A DNA stretch of 28,615 bases from Bdellovibrionota bacterium (GCA_049451755.1 JBMTVV010000001.1:1-28615), one strand, 5' to 3'; shown: positions 1 to 8,958, counted from the first letter of the stretch. The notes: generated by a model not told the origin, from the sequence alone. Program-made: numbers and translations.

Positions 1-1825
1 GTCTTAACACCTTCTGCCAGAGAGCTCCACGCAACATCATGGAACGCTCCTGTTCATCGGGGAAAAACTCCTGAAGTATCTCTGGAATACTCTCTGAAAT
101 GATCAGATGAAACGCTAGCGCTCCAGTTGATTCGGTATCAAAAAAACCATCCCACTGGGAGAACGCTTGATACATCTTACCAACCCGATAATCCTCTTCA
201 AACGCCTTCTGTTCCGCGCTCGTCAGGGTAGAGAGCAAAAGGTCTCTCAGTGTAATACTTGATAGAGAGTGCACATCCTGCTGTAACTCTTTCATATGAT
301 CTCTAGTTATAACCTGCTGAGCTTCAATGAGCTCTGCCATTCTGAGAGCTCGTGATGGATCTGCATATGAAAATGAAAGCGGTATCTCTGTATCAAAGGA
401 TTTATCATTGGCAGAACCAATGTATCCACTATTCGGGTTATATCGATACGGGAGTTCTGGAGCCGAACGAAAAGAGCTCGGGATATTTTCCGCACTCTTA
501 AAAAGGTCCATCGTTCGATCTGCGTCCTTTAAGAGTGGTTGGTGATAGGCGAGGAGATGCCCGATATTCCCCTCGTGATCTCCATACAGCATATTCTGTC
601 CCGATACCCCATAACTCTCGAATGACTTCAAAAACTCATCAAAGGTTTGTGCCCGATTCGCCCGGAGAAAACTCGTAACCTCATCACTTCGTCCTTGATG
701 CCCAACCCAATAGAGCGCGATAGGGTCAGAGTTCTCCGGGAAAAAGGGGGCGTCACTGATAATCGGCCCAAGGGAAGACTCTCGTACTTCCCTCATCGTA
801 TCAAACCACCATCTTGTACGTATTCGCTCTTTGCGGGAGGAGATCTCTTGAGGCTCAACTCTATAAAGATGGGTACTAATTGCTCTTAAGTTCGTTCCAC
901 CCCAAGCGATATGCTCATTCCGACCGAGCGCAAAGAATGGGACTCCCGGAATCATCATTCCAACGACTTGAAACTCTGGAGTTCGGATTCCAGCTAGCAA
1001 CCAGAAATTGGGAACCGAGGTCCCTAGGTGAGGATCACTGGCGAGAAGAGCTGCTCCATGCTTCGTTCGATCTCCTGAAATAACGACGGCATTACTACCC
1101 GTCTTGCTCATCTGCATAAAGAGTTGGGTTGCGGATTCAATTCCCATGTCATGTAGGGACATAGTAAGCTGATCTTGCTGCGCTCGTATCTCATTACCTT
1201 CAAGGAAATGCTGCCACAGTCGCTCACGAAGCGACTGCTCTTCAATCTGCAGAAATCCAAAATAAAACATCCAGGAGAGATCAATCCCTGCCAAACGAGT
1301 CATGAGAAGCACATCTTCTACTCCCCATTGCTCACGTTCCATTTGAAATAATTCAAATTCGGGAGGTAATTGCTGAAGTTCGTTCTGGTACCAATTGATC
1401 CCGGCGACAAATGCTGAGAGTAGATCCTTAGTTTCAGGATCCATCTTCTCAATTACTTTTTGAGAGCCCTTACCAAGGTCAAGTATACGTATAGTGTGAT
1501 CGAGATCATTTGCGAAAGGACCGACCATCTCTGATAATCTTCCAGATGCTAGTCGCTTGAGTAGCTCCATTTGTCCAAGTCGAAGGTGCGCATGGATGGC
1601 ACCCAAGAGAAAAAACCCATCTTTATCTGATTCTGCCTCGATGAACGGAACAGCATATTCATTCCAATGTATATGCCCGATGGACTGAATAGGAGCAGTT
1701 GTGGGAAAGGCAGCTAACCTCTCCGACAAAGATGTGGTGCCCATCTTTGTCGCTATGAGCGAACACGAAACGAAACATAGGCTCAAAGGAAAAAGGAGGA
1801 GTAAAGTATATCGCAGACAAGGCAT
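1..1825 (-). CDS. Penicillin acylase family (Ntn-hydrolase) protein, probable lipoprotein; 3' end lies outside the window
   Basis: Absent from the ORF track because no stop falls in the window. Manual translation from ATG 1825 (MPCLRYTLLLLFPLSLCFVSC...) stays open to position 2. Family motifs: HWNEYAVPFIEA, LGAIHAHLRLGQMELLKRLASGRLSEMVG, G-S-N-AVVISG (Ser codon 1094-1096, residue 244), LLASDPHL, GVPFFALGRNEHIAWGGTN, QNMLYGDHEGNIG, SAND. Confidence 0.9.
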   Translation of the reverse strand, partial: MPCLRYTLLLLFPLSLCFVSCSLIATKMGTTSLSERLAAFPTTAPIQSIGHIHWNEYAVPFIEAESDKDGFFLLGAIHAHLRLGQMELLKRLASGRLSEMVGPFANDLDHTIRILDLGKGSQKVIEKMDPETKDLLSAFVAGINWYQNELQQLPPEFELFQMEREQWGVEDVLLMTRLAGIDLSWMFYFGFLQIEEQSLRERLWQHFLEGNEIRAQQDQLTMSLHDMGIESATQLFMQMSKTGSNAVVISGDRTKHGAALLASDPHLGTSVPNFWLLAGIRTPEFQVVGMMIPGVPFFALGRNEHIAWGGTNLRAISTHLYRVEPQEISSRKERIRTRWWFDTMREVRESSLGPIISDAPFFPENSDPIALYWVGHQGRSDEVTSFLRANRAQTFDEFLKSFESYGVSGQNMLYGDHEGNIGHLLAYHQPLLKDADRTMDLFKSAENIPSSFRSAPELPYRYNPNSGYIGSANDKSFDTEIPLSFSYADPSRALRMAELIEAQQVITRDHMKELQQDVHSLSSITLRDLLLSTLTSAEQKAFEEDYRVGKMYQAFSQWDGFFDTESTGALAFHLIISESIPEILQEFFPDEQERSMMLRGALWQKVLR

Positions 1826-2018
1826 ACTTCCACGTTCTTCAACCATAACTTCTCTATTCACAAACACCTGATGCATCTTAGAGATATATTACCCCAAAAA
1901 GCTACCTATCTGGGCCTGTGCTACCATCTCGAAATAGGTCTATAAGACCTAATTGCTCCCCTATGCATTTAAAAGGTAGGAGAAAACCCATAGGGGAAAG
2001 GAAAGGATCGTTCCCGTG

Positions 2019-2047
2019 TTGCCGATTTTACCTATGACGCGTAAACT
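2019..2047 (+). promoter_or_regulatory. Sigma70-like promoter for the BI-1/YccA gene
   Basis: TTGCCG (2019-2024), 17-nt spacer, TAAACT (2042-2047); 84 bp upstream of ATG 2131. Confidence 0.5.
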
Positions 2048-2130
2048 ATTTGGGTGGTCCGTCATGAGCGTCACTGAAGCAAAAAATAAAGGCGCTCTTT
2101 AGGAATTTCACTCTATTAAGGAACTACACA

Positions 2131-2907
2131 ATGCATAGCTCAAATCCAGTTCTCAGTCAGAAGATGTTTCAAGGTCAAGCGATTGCTTCGCATGATGGAG
2201 TGATGACGCTAGAGGGAACGATTAATAAGACTATTCTGTCAGTACTACTCGTGATGGGTTCCGCATACTGGGCTTATCATGAGCCAAGTTTCTTTATGCC
2301 CCTTACAATCCCTTTCATGATTGGAGGTCTCATACTCGCGCTCATTATCTCATTTAAGCACACCCTGGCGCCATTACTCACCCCTGTATACGCAATAGTT
2401 GAAGGATTCGTACTTGGTGGCATCTCACTCCTCTACGCTTCGATAACTGCGGGGGCAGGCAGTGGTAGCTTTGAGGCACCGCTTGGAATTAATAATGAAA
2501 TCGTCTTTCAGGCCATTGCTCTTACATTTGGCACCCTCTTTGCGATGCTAGTAGCATACCGCTCGGGAGTCATCAAAGTAACAGAAAAGTTTCGAATGAT
2601 GATATTTGCCGCAACGGGCGGTATCTGTCTTGTCTACCTCGTCGCATTCGTTATGAATCTTTTTGGAGTACACATGCCGTTCTTGCACGACGGTGGTCCA
2701 ATCGGCATTGGCATATCTCTTTTTGTGGTGGGAATCGCGGCCCTAAACTTAGTGCTTGATTTTGATTTCATTACCACAGCATCAAGAAGTGGCAACCTTC
2801 CAAAACATATGGAGTGGTTTGGGGCATTTGGGCTTCTTGTGACCCTGATTTGGCTGTACATCGAGATGCTTCGACTGTTATCACAAATCGCGAGAAGTCG
2901 CGACTAG
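2131..2907 (+). CDS. Bax inhibitor-1/YccA family inner membrane protein
   Basis: 258 aa, about 7 hydrophobic helices; motifs MTLEGTINKT, YAIVEGFVLGGIS, IVFQAIALTFG, IAALNLVLDFD, EWFGAFGLLVTLIWLYIEMLRLL; AAGGA upstream. Confidence 0.9.
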   Translation: MHSSNPVLSQKMFQGQAIASHDGVMTLEGTINKTILSVLLVMGSAYWAYHEPSFFMPLTIPFMIGGLILALIISFKHTLAPLLTPVYAIVEGFVLGGISLLYASITAGAGSGSFEAPLGINNEIVFQAIALTFGTLFAMLVAYRSGVIKVTEKFRMMIFAATGGICLVYLVAFVMNLFGVHMPFLHDGGPIGIGISLFVVGIAALNLVLDFDFITTASRSGNLPKHMEWFGAFGLLVTLIWLYIEMLRLLSQIARSRD

Positions 2908-2922
2908 GGAAGAAGTCCTCCG

Positions 2923-2974
2923 CCGTAGTGGCACAGTGGCCCCGTAGTGGCACAGTGGCCCCGTAGTGGCACAG
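2923..2974. repeat. 19-bp tandem repeat, about 2.7 copies (CCGTAGTGGCACAGTGGCC)
   Basis: Exact copies at 2923-2941 and 2942-2960, partial copy at 2961-2974; no spacers between copies. Confidence 0.95.
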
Positions 2975-3016
2975 CGGTAATGGCACCCCCATGTAAAGGA
3001 GTCCCATAACCTAAGT

Positions 3017-3046
3017 GAGCTCCTCCACATAAGGGGGAGCTCGTTT
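3017..3046 (+). terminator. Hairpin, possible weak intrinsic terminator after the BI-1 gene
   Basis: GAGCTCCTCC-ACATAA-GGGGGAGCTC: 10-bp stem with one G-U pair, followed by GTTT. Confidence 0.45.
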
Positions 3047-3067
3047 AAGAAATACCAAGACGGTCCT

Positions 3068-4171
3068 ATGCGCTTTTATATCTCCGTGATCCTTTGTCTT
3101 CTCGTAGCCAACTTGCTGGTAAAGACACCTGCAAGTGCGCAGGAAGCGAGAAAGATTACGCAGAATTCCCCTGTTCCTCTCATCGAAACAGATGCTGGCA
3201 AGAGTGCTTACCAAACACTACGAGTTGAGCACCTACGTATCCAAACCACTCACCTGAAAAAGAAAAAAAATGATAAAGGAGTAGAAGCTCAGCTACTCTC
3301 CGTTCTAGAGGATCTTGCCATGTATGCCTGCTCCATGATGGTCTCAGGCGAATGGGAGTTTCAGGTCACGGAAGCTCCCAGTGATTGCAAGCAATATCTC
3401 GATACTCTTACTGAGCTAAAGACACCAAGTACTGTACCAGCATGTATTAGAAGTGGGAAAGACTCCCAAGCGTGCGCTCAGATGTTTAGTTCGCAGCAGA
3501 CCAGGAGTATTTACGATTTCGCATCAGGATCATCTGAAACATTTCGTTATGAGAATCTCGGAAGTGGATTCTCCTCTTCGATCCCCCCTCTTCTTAGGCA
3601 GAAAATTCAAGAAGTACAGTTTCAACTCTCTGCTACTAAAGAAGCCGAGAAGATAACCTCACTCAAAAGAGACCTCTTTCGAAATCAGCTACAGGCTTTA
3701 GCGGTGAGTTGTACCGAGCAACCACTTATCTTTTATAAGCCCTTGGGTGCGCTCGGTATTCACAAAGAATCCTTTCAAGGACAGAGGGATCCAGATACCG
3801 AAAAAATAAAAAATTTAATAAAGAGCTATCGCGATGAGATAACAAAAGAGCAGAAGGAATTAAAGAATGAAGTAACGAGTCTCTTTGAGGCTCCGTTTAG
3901 TACACCACTCCCAACTCCATCCCCCGATACTACCAATCAGAAAGAACTCGTTCGAATCCGACTTGTTTCGGCTCAATGCATGGAATCCATTGATTCAGTC
4001 CTCGCTCTAATGCCCCTTTCAGCTCATGCCATTTGCAAGAGAGATGGTATATTTCATCCGACATGCATACAGGCAATGAAAACCCGCTCTCCACAGGATA
4101 CTCTGTCACTAGATTCCGACTTACCAGAAACATCAAAAAACTCAAACGACAGTCAGCTCACAGCTTTTTAA
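3068..4171 (+). CDS. Secreted hypothetical protein with a duplicated Cys module
   Basis: 367 aa; signal peptide ending ...PASA-Q; two copies of C-x18-C-x9-C; no family recognised. Confidence 0.8.
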   Translation: MRFYISVILCLLVANLLVKTPASAQEARKITQNSPVPLIETDAGKSAYQTLRVEHLRIQTTHLKKKKNDKGVEAQLLSVLEDLAMYACSMMVSGEWEFQVTEAPSDCKQYLDTLTELKTPSTVPACIRSGKDSQACAQMFSSQQTRSIYDFASGSSETFRYENLGSGFSSSIPPLLRQKIQEVQFQLSATKEAEKITSLKRDLFRNQLQALAVSCTEQPLIFYKPLGALGIHKESFQGQRDPDTEKIKNLIKSYRDEITKEQKELKNEVTSLFEAPFSTPLPTPSPDTTNQKELVRIRLVSAQCMESIDSVLALMPLSAHAICKRDGIFHPTCIQAMKTRSPQDTLSLDSDLPETSKNSNDSQLTAF

Positions 4172-4184
4172 TGCTCCGCTCCAT

Positions 4185-4424
4185 TTAAAATGGTCGTAGG
4201 ATGACAATAAAGCTGCCAAACTCTTCTCCCGGCGTCGAATGCGATACCTCATATTGTGAATAGATGCCGTGCACACCTTGTGAAGCGCTGGATTTCACCC
4301 AATTACTTAGGGGAAAATAGAGAGTAATACACAGAGAAACAGAGGCGGCTACCCAAATGATAAGGGGGGTAGAGAACTCAGCGTTTTGTCTTTTCCCCTT
4401 ATCCATTGACCAGAGCTCATCCAT
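4185..4424 (-). CDS. Small hypothetical single-pass membrane protein
   Basis: 79-aa ORF filling an otherwise empty gap; one hydrophobic segment (LIIWVAASVSLCITLYFPL); promoter-like sequence upstream; no homology recognised. Confidence 0.35.
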   Translation of the reverse strand: MDELWSMDKGKRQNAEFSTPLIIWVAASVSLCITLYFPLSNWVKSSASQGVHGIYSQYEVSHSTPGEEFGSFIVILRPF

Positions 4425-4491
4425 TGTTTAATGCCAACTTGATACTACCGTTATGAGGAGAACGGCGAGAAAAGTATCGTAAGGAGCAGCA

Positions 4492-4519
4492 AATATAAAA
4501 ATGCACTGTGTTATTTCAA
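4492..4519 (-). promoter_or_regulatory. Sigma70-like promoter upstream of the 4424 ORF
   Basis: Minus strand: TTGAAA (4519-4514), 16-nt spacer, TATATT (4497-4492). Confidence 0.35.
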
Positions 4520-4540
4520 GCCGTTATCACTACCATCCAC

Positions 4541-5443
4541 CTATTCGGCAAAGGCCTCATCAAAAGCCTCATCTTCAGCGAATGGATCTTCCTCCTCAGC
4601 TTTTTCAGCATTGAGCTGGTGGTCATGGATTAAGGCTTCTCGACGCTGATAATAGGCTGACTGCACAAAGAGATAGTAGTCGAGGGAGGCATCACGCGCT
4701 GCTTCAATTGCCTCATCGAGATTCGCTCGCTGCTGAACTACATCAACCGCAGTTGTTGCGGCGGTTATTGCAATAGCGTCATTGGAACTAGCGGCATCTG
4801 CTATGGCCCAACCGACTGGATTTAGGGCCATATCAAACATCAGCCCAACACCATCTCGTACATTCGACGGCCCAAAAAATGGGAAAACGAGGTAAGCTCC
4901 AGGGGGGACTCCGTGATAACCGAGAGCAAGCCCGATATCCTCTTGATGCCTCTCCAGTCCTACATGCTTGGCAACATCAATAAATCCGAAAATGCCCACC
5001 GTAGAATTAATCAGAAATCGTCCAGTGTGCTCTAGGGCCTGAGAAAATTTAAACTGAACAATGTCACTCACAAGATACCGCGGGTAGAGCAAATTATCGA
5101 AAAAATTTGTCACACCGCGCTGTGCCGTATCCGGCATCACATAGTCGTACCCATCAGCAACTGGTTCAAGCAGATAACGATCTAACTTATCGTTAAACCA
5201 GAAGACACCTCGGTTCCATCCTTCGAAGGGATCCGATATTTCAGTCGTTCCATTTGAGTTTGCGTCATTAACAGCTACGTCGTGAGAGTCTACCTCATCG
5301 ACACTGCGTTCCTCAGCAGAAAGCTCACTTGGCAAAAAAGGTATTCCTACTCGATGATCATGAAAGTAAGGCACGCAAGCGAAGCAGATGAATATCAAAA
5401 ATACTTTGGGAGCGAGTTGTGAGACAATTCTTGCGTTCTGCAT
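4541..5443 (-). CDS. mlaA: MlaA/VacJ family lipoprotein
   Basis: Motifs DPFEGWNRGVFWFNDKLD, GVTNFFDNL, RFLINSTVGIFGFIDVA, EDIGLALG, YLVFPFFGPSNVRD, DYYLFVQSAYYQRR; acidic C-terminal tail. Confidence 0.93.
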   Translation of the reverse strand: MQNARIVSQLAPKVFLIFICFACVPYFHDHRVGIPFLPSELSAEERSVDEVDSHDVAVNDANSNGTTEISDPFEGWNRGVFWFNDKLDRYLLEPVADGYDYVMPDTAQRGVTNFFDNLLYPRYLVSDIVQFKFSQALEHTGRFLINSTVGIFGFIDVAKHVGLERHQEDIGLALGYHGVPPGAYLVFPFFGPSNVRDGVGLMFDMALNPVGWAIADAASSNDAIAITAATTAVDVVQQRANLDEAIEAARDASLDYYLFVQSAYYQRREALIHDHQLNAEKAEEEDPFAEDEAFDEAFAE

Positions 5444-5525
5444 AGCTACCTTCTGAAACTAGAAACACTATAACGAGCGAAAGTAAGAGCGAAAAGACGT
5501 CTTATTCCCCCTGCGTAACAAGACC

Positions 5526-8500
5526 CTATGGTGCAGCTACTTCTACCATCTGCACATATTTGCTCTTTGATGCTGGAACAACCTCTATCCCTTCTCTGAG
5601 CAACTCCTCGTCAACAACCTGCATAATTGCTTGCTGGTCCTGCAAGAAGGCATCTCTGATGGCCTCTAGCTGAATAACCTTCTCTGTATCACCATTGGTC
5701 TTTGCAGAGAGAATCCTCCTATCGAGGACATCTGATACATTCCGCTCAAACTCCACCTCAATCTCAAGAAGAGACCCCAGAACTTCGGGCTTATCGAGGT
5801 ACTTTAACCCTTCCCGCTTCGCATTCAAAAATTCGATATATTTCTTCGCATCGTAGATATCACTCTTATCGAGACTAATAATATATGCCTGCTCCGGATT
5901 CGGTCCTGAGCCAAACTCTGACGGGATATTTAGGTGCTGCCGATACCGCTCAGTAATGAGTACAAGATTCGGTTCAACAACAAGAGTCTCACCCTTATAC
6001 TGCCCCTCAAGCGCCTCCAAAAAGACACGAGCTGGGTATGTGTGAATACCTTGAAAGTTCCCTCCCTGAAAGTAGGCCAGAAATTCCTCAAGAGACCACG
6101 GTCTATCTGGGGGTTGATTCTCAATACTAAATGGAGCTGAGGCATCCCTGAATTCAAAACGTGCTTCTTCTACCGTACTGAAGCCATTCCCAAGCTCCTG
6201 ACGATTCACCTTCGCCTGAAACTCCAACCGATATGGCCACAACGCTGGCACATCTTGACGCTTCACATACTCTTTATAAGACTTTCTATCCTTATAACGA
6301 TTTCTAAATCGGTACGAGATCTGGTTTTTATATGCTAGACGGTCCGGCGTGTCGAAATAGATATCTCTATAGAGAAACTCCTCTGCCTCCTTATCGACGT
6401 AGTAATCTGTTGATACATACTTTGGAGCACTCCATACCGTGTCGTCTTGTGCTCTCCGCTCTAAGGCCTTTCGTATCTTTGCGGCAACCTTGAGGAGATC
6501 CGGGGTCTCGTCCCACGGCATTTGGAGTGAGAACTTAAACTCTCGCTCAGCTCGTGGCTCTGTTCCAAATGCCGACCTCCTGAGACTCGCACGAGCGTGT
6601 ACTGTCGGCGTCTGCTCATGCTTGGTATCAATTTCTCTCACTACTCCATTTTCTGATTTCACCGAAAATGGGAATGGCGACTCAATCAGGCTCTCTCGCA
6701 GGGTGAGTCTTCCCGATTTGACTGAGGGATAATTACCACGAATCGTAAGCTCTTGCGCCTCTGCGGACCCTCCATGAATGGCGAGCGCTCCTTCGTACCG
6801 GACATGATCATGAACGAAGAAGGAGCTATCTCTCAGTATAACATGTGACAATACCGCATCTTCTACATTACGAAGCGCGAGTGTTCCCCACCGAGCTCCC
6901 GTAGTTGCTGGATGCATCGTGATGGGTCGAGCAACGGTGCCATCAAAATGAACTTTGGCACCATCTGCAAAAATGGACACTCCTTCTTCAAGTACAATTT
7001 CAGTCCCCGGTGCTACGTAGAGTGAATCATACGGGGTAAGCCGCAAGGTCTCAGTAAGGCGTACCCGTCCAGATAGCCGAACGGCCTGACCTTGCCGAAA
7101 GCTCTCTGGTGACCACCAAACAGCATAACGCCGACTACCGGCATCGAGCGGTATTGCATTCGTCACGTATCCAGACGCTCTGACTCCGGTGATAGCGTTT
7201 TCCCCAACCACTTCGACTATCGGCTCACTGCCTACCGGGATGTTCCCAATTCGATATCGATAGACCGCAGGAACAACCTCCGCTGTTTTGCCACCGACGA
7301 ATCGTCGCTTTGAGAGCAAACGATCCTGCACCTGTACCTCGTACACATTCCCCTCGAGTTTTTTTCCTGATAGAGACTCGTTCTGAGTTCGAGCAGTATT
7401 CGGTAGAAGATGATCGTGAACAGCATCGACTCCAACTCGCGATACTGTTGGAATTTGTCCTATTTCATTTTCATACGAGATTCGGAATCGATCGAAGGAA
7501 AAACCTGCTGCTGAATTTACTCGGATAAGAACGAGCCGCTCCGCAGCATGATCTCCATCTACTACTCGATACTCGACCTCAGTCGGTTCCATGTGACTTC
7601 GAACCCGCTGCTCTCGATCAACAACCGCCTGTCGTAGCCGTAGGACAGCCTCTTCGACTTCTCTGTTGGAGAGGTGTCGTATCCCTTTATCATTCGCCTT
7701 CAACTTAAAGGGAGATGCATACAGGTCTCTTCGAACCTTTTTCATCTCAGTATCTATCAGCCCTAAGACCTTCTCAGCCGGAAACGTGTCCTCAACAAAT
7801 TCCCACAAGAACCGATCTTTCATATCACGAAAGGCAGGATTTTGTATCATCCCACGAAAGAGCTTATTTATACCGATATCGAGAGCGAATTCGTTGCCCC
7901 ACATATACGCAACTGTATCCCATACAATCGGTGTAAATTTCCCTGCGTGCGGATGAAAATAGAGCTTTCCATTGTGGGTTTCATCAACGTGCACTGAACC
8001 AACGAGCTCTAGGAACGCCATGTACTTTGCCAACGCTTCTACATCAACAATTGAACTGAGTGCGTCATAGAACCGGTACGGATTCTCATCCTCGTTGAGA
8101 ACGCTGATCAGTGATTCAATCTCACTCAGATGCAAATCATTTCCGGGGCCATCAACCGCCCAAGCAGAAGGATCGCTATAGAGCTTCTTCCGCGGGGTAG
8201 CGCCATAGACCTGCTCCGTAGAAATATCTCCGACGAAGATTTTGCCTGGTGGGAGATACCGTCTCGTCAACATATCCTGATTCGGCTGTTCGAGGAGAAG
8301 TCGCATCCCGTCGAAAAGACGATTAAGACGAAAGTGGACGTTTTCAGCGTACGGAGATAACACACCGGACAATTCGCTTGCGAGGGTATAGCCAAGCCAA
8401 TTCGCTATTTGGTTATCAACTCGTGGGACGTTTAAGTTAAACGTCTTCATACCACGATAGAAGTCTCCATCGTTTAACTCAACGCGCCATGACTTTGCAG

Positions 8501-8951
8501 GAAAGGCCCAGTGGTTCATCGAATCACCTTTAAAGCGGACCTTCCCCTCATAGCGTTCTTCACCAAGCCGAATTTTTGCCTTTTCAGCTTTTACACTCGT
8601 ATTTGGTAATGCTTCTTCAAGCCTATCCAGCCGTTTTCCTCTCACGTACAACTCAACAACCGGAAGTTCGGTATTCTTCAGATCTTCGTGGTGCGCTGTC
8701 ATCTTCAGTGCGGTCATCCGAGCCACCTTCTCTGCCCCAAGCCACACCCGCTCAAAATAGGTGTACCCGTGCGCAAACCGCTCCCGCGGCATATTCGAGA
8801 GATATTGGAAAAGAGAAAACGCTATCCCTGTTACGAATAGGGCAAAAAGAACGAGCTTCGGCAGTCGTCGTAGCCAGAGTCGTCTACTCGCCCGCTTGAC
8901 TGCTTTTCGGTTGAATTCTGTGTTATTATTTGCTTTTTCGCTCTCTGACAT
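5526..8951 (-). CDS. Membrane-anchored CotH kinase family protein with a beta-helix region and a C-terminal CYTH/triphosphate-tunnel domain
   Basis: 1141 aa. Basic N-terminus plus one TM helix. CotH motifs GKVRFKGDS...KSWRVEL, FNLN, VHFRLN..DGMRLLLEQP, DETHN (7971-7985), IVWD (WD at 7917-7922). Beta-helix-like segment LYVAPGTEIVL...DGTVARPIT...RWGTLAL. CYTH signature EREFK (6534-6548), then DIYFDTPD, SYRFRNR, LEFQAK, LEIEVEFE. Confidence 0.85.
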   Translation of the reverse strand: MSESEKANNNTEFNRKAVKRASRRLWLRRLPKLVLFALFVTGIAFSLFQYLSNMPRERFAHGYTYFERVWLGAEKVARMTALKMTAHHEDLKNTELPVVELYVRGKRLDRLEEALPNTSVKAEKAKIRLGEERYEGKVRFKGDSMNHWAFPAKSWRVELNDGDFYRGMKTFNLNVPRVDNQIANWLGYTLASELSGVLSPYAENVHFRLNRLFDGMRLLLEQPNQDMLTRRYLPPGKIFVGDISTEQVYGATPRKKLYSDPSAWAVDGPGNDLHLSEIESLISVLNEDENPYRFYDALSSIVDVEALAKYMAFLELVGSVHVDETHNGKLYFHPHAGKFTPIVWDTVAYMWGNEFALDIGINKLFRGMIQNPAFRDMKDRFLWEFVEDTFPAEKVLGLIDTEMKKVRRDLYASPFKLKANDKGIRHLSNREVEEAVLRLRQAVVDREQRVRSHMEPTEVEYRVVDGDHAAERLVLIRVNSAAGFSFDRFRISYENEIGQIPTVSRVGVDAVHDHLLPNTARTQNESLSGKKLEGNVYEVQVQDRLLSKRRFVGGKTAEVVPAVYRYRIGNIPVGSEPIVEVVGENAITGVRASGYVTNAIPLDAGSRRYAVWWSPESFRQGQAVRLSGRVRLTETLRLTPYDSLYVAPGTEIVLEEGVSIFADGAKVHFDGTVARPITMHPATTGARWGTLALRNVEDAVLSHVILRDSSFFVHDHVRYEGALAIHGGSAEAQELTIRGNYPSVKSGRLTLRESLIESPFPFSVKSENGVVREIDTKHEQTPTVHARASLRRSAFGTEPRAEREFKFSLQMPWDETPDLLKVAAKIRKALERRAQDDTVWSAPKYVSTDYYVDKEAEEFLYRDIYFDTPDRLAYKNQISYRFRNRYKDRKSYKEYVKRQDVPALWPYRLEFQAKVNRQELGNGFSTVEEARFEFRDASAPFSIENQPPDRPWSLEEFLAYFQGGNFQGIHTYPARVFLEALEGQYKGETLVVEPNLVLITERYRQHLNIPSEFGSGPNPEQAYIISLDKSDIYDAKKYIEFLNAKREGLKYLDKPEVLGSLLEIEVEFERNVSDVLDRRILSAKTNGDTEKVIQLEAIRDAFLQDQQAIMQVVDEELLREGIEVVPASKSKYVQMVEVAAP

Positions 8952-8958
8952 ACGTCAG

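Noticed and set aside
307-1083. Short ORFs at 307, 327, 647 and 880
   Set aside because: All overlap the penicillin acylase frame, which explains the region.
2923-2974. CRISPR array
   Set aside because: 19-bp units are directly adjacent with no unique spacers, and no cas genes are present.
3950-3959. GTTCGAATCC, a tRNA T-loop-like sequence
   Set aside because: Inside a coding region; no acceptor stem, D-arm or anticodon arm around it.
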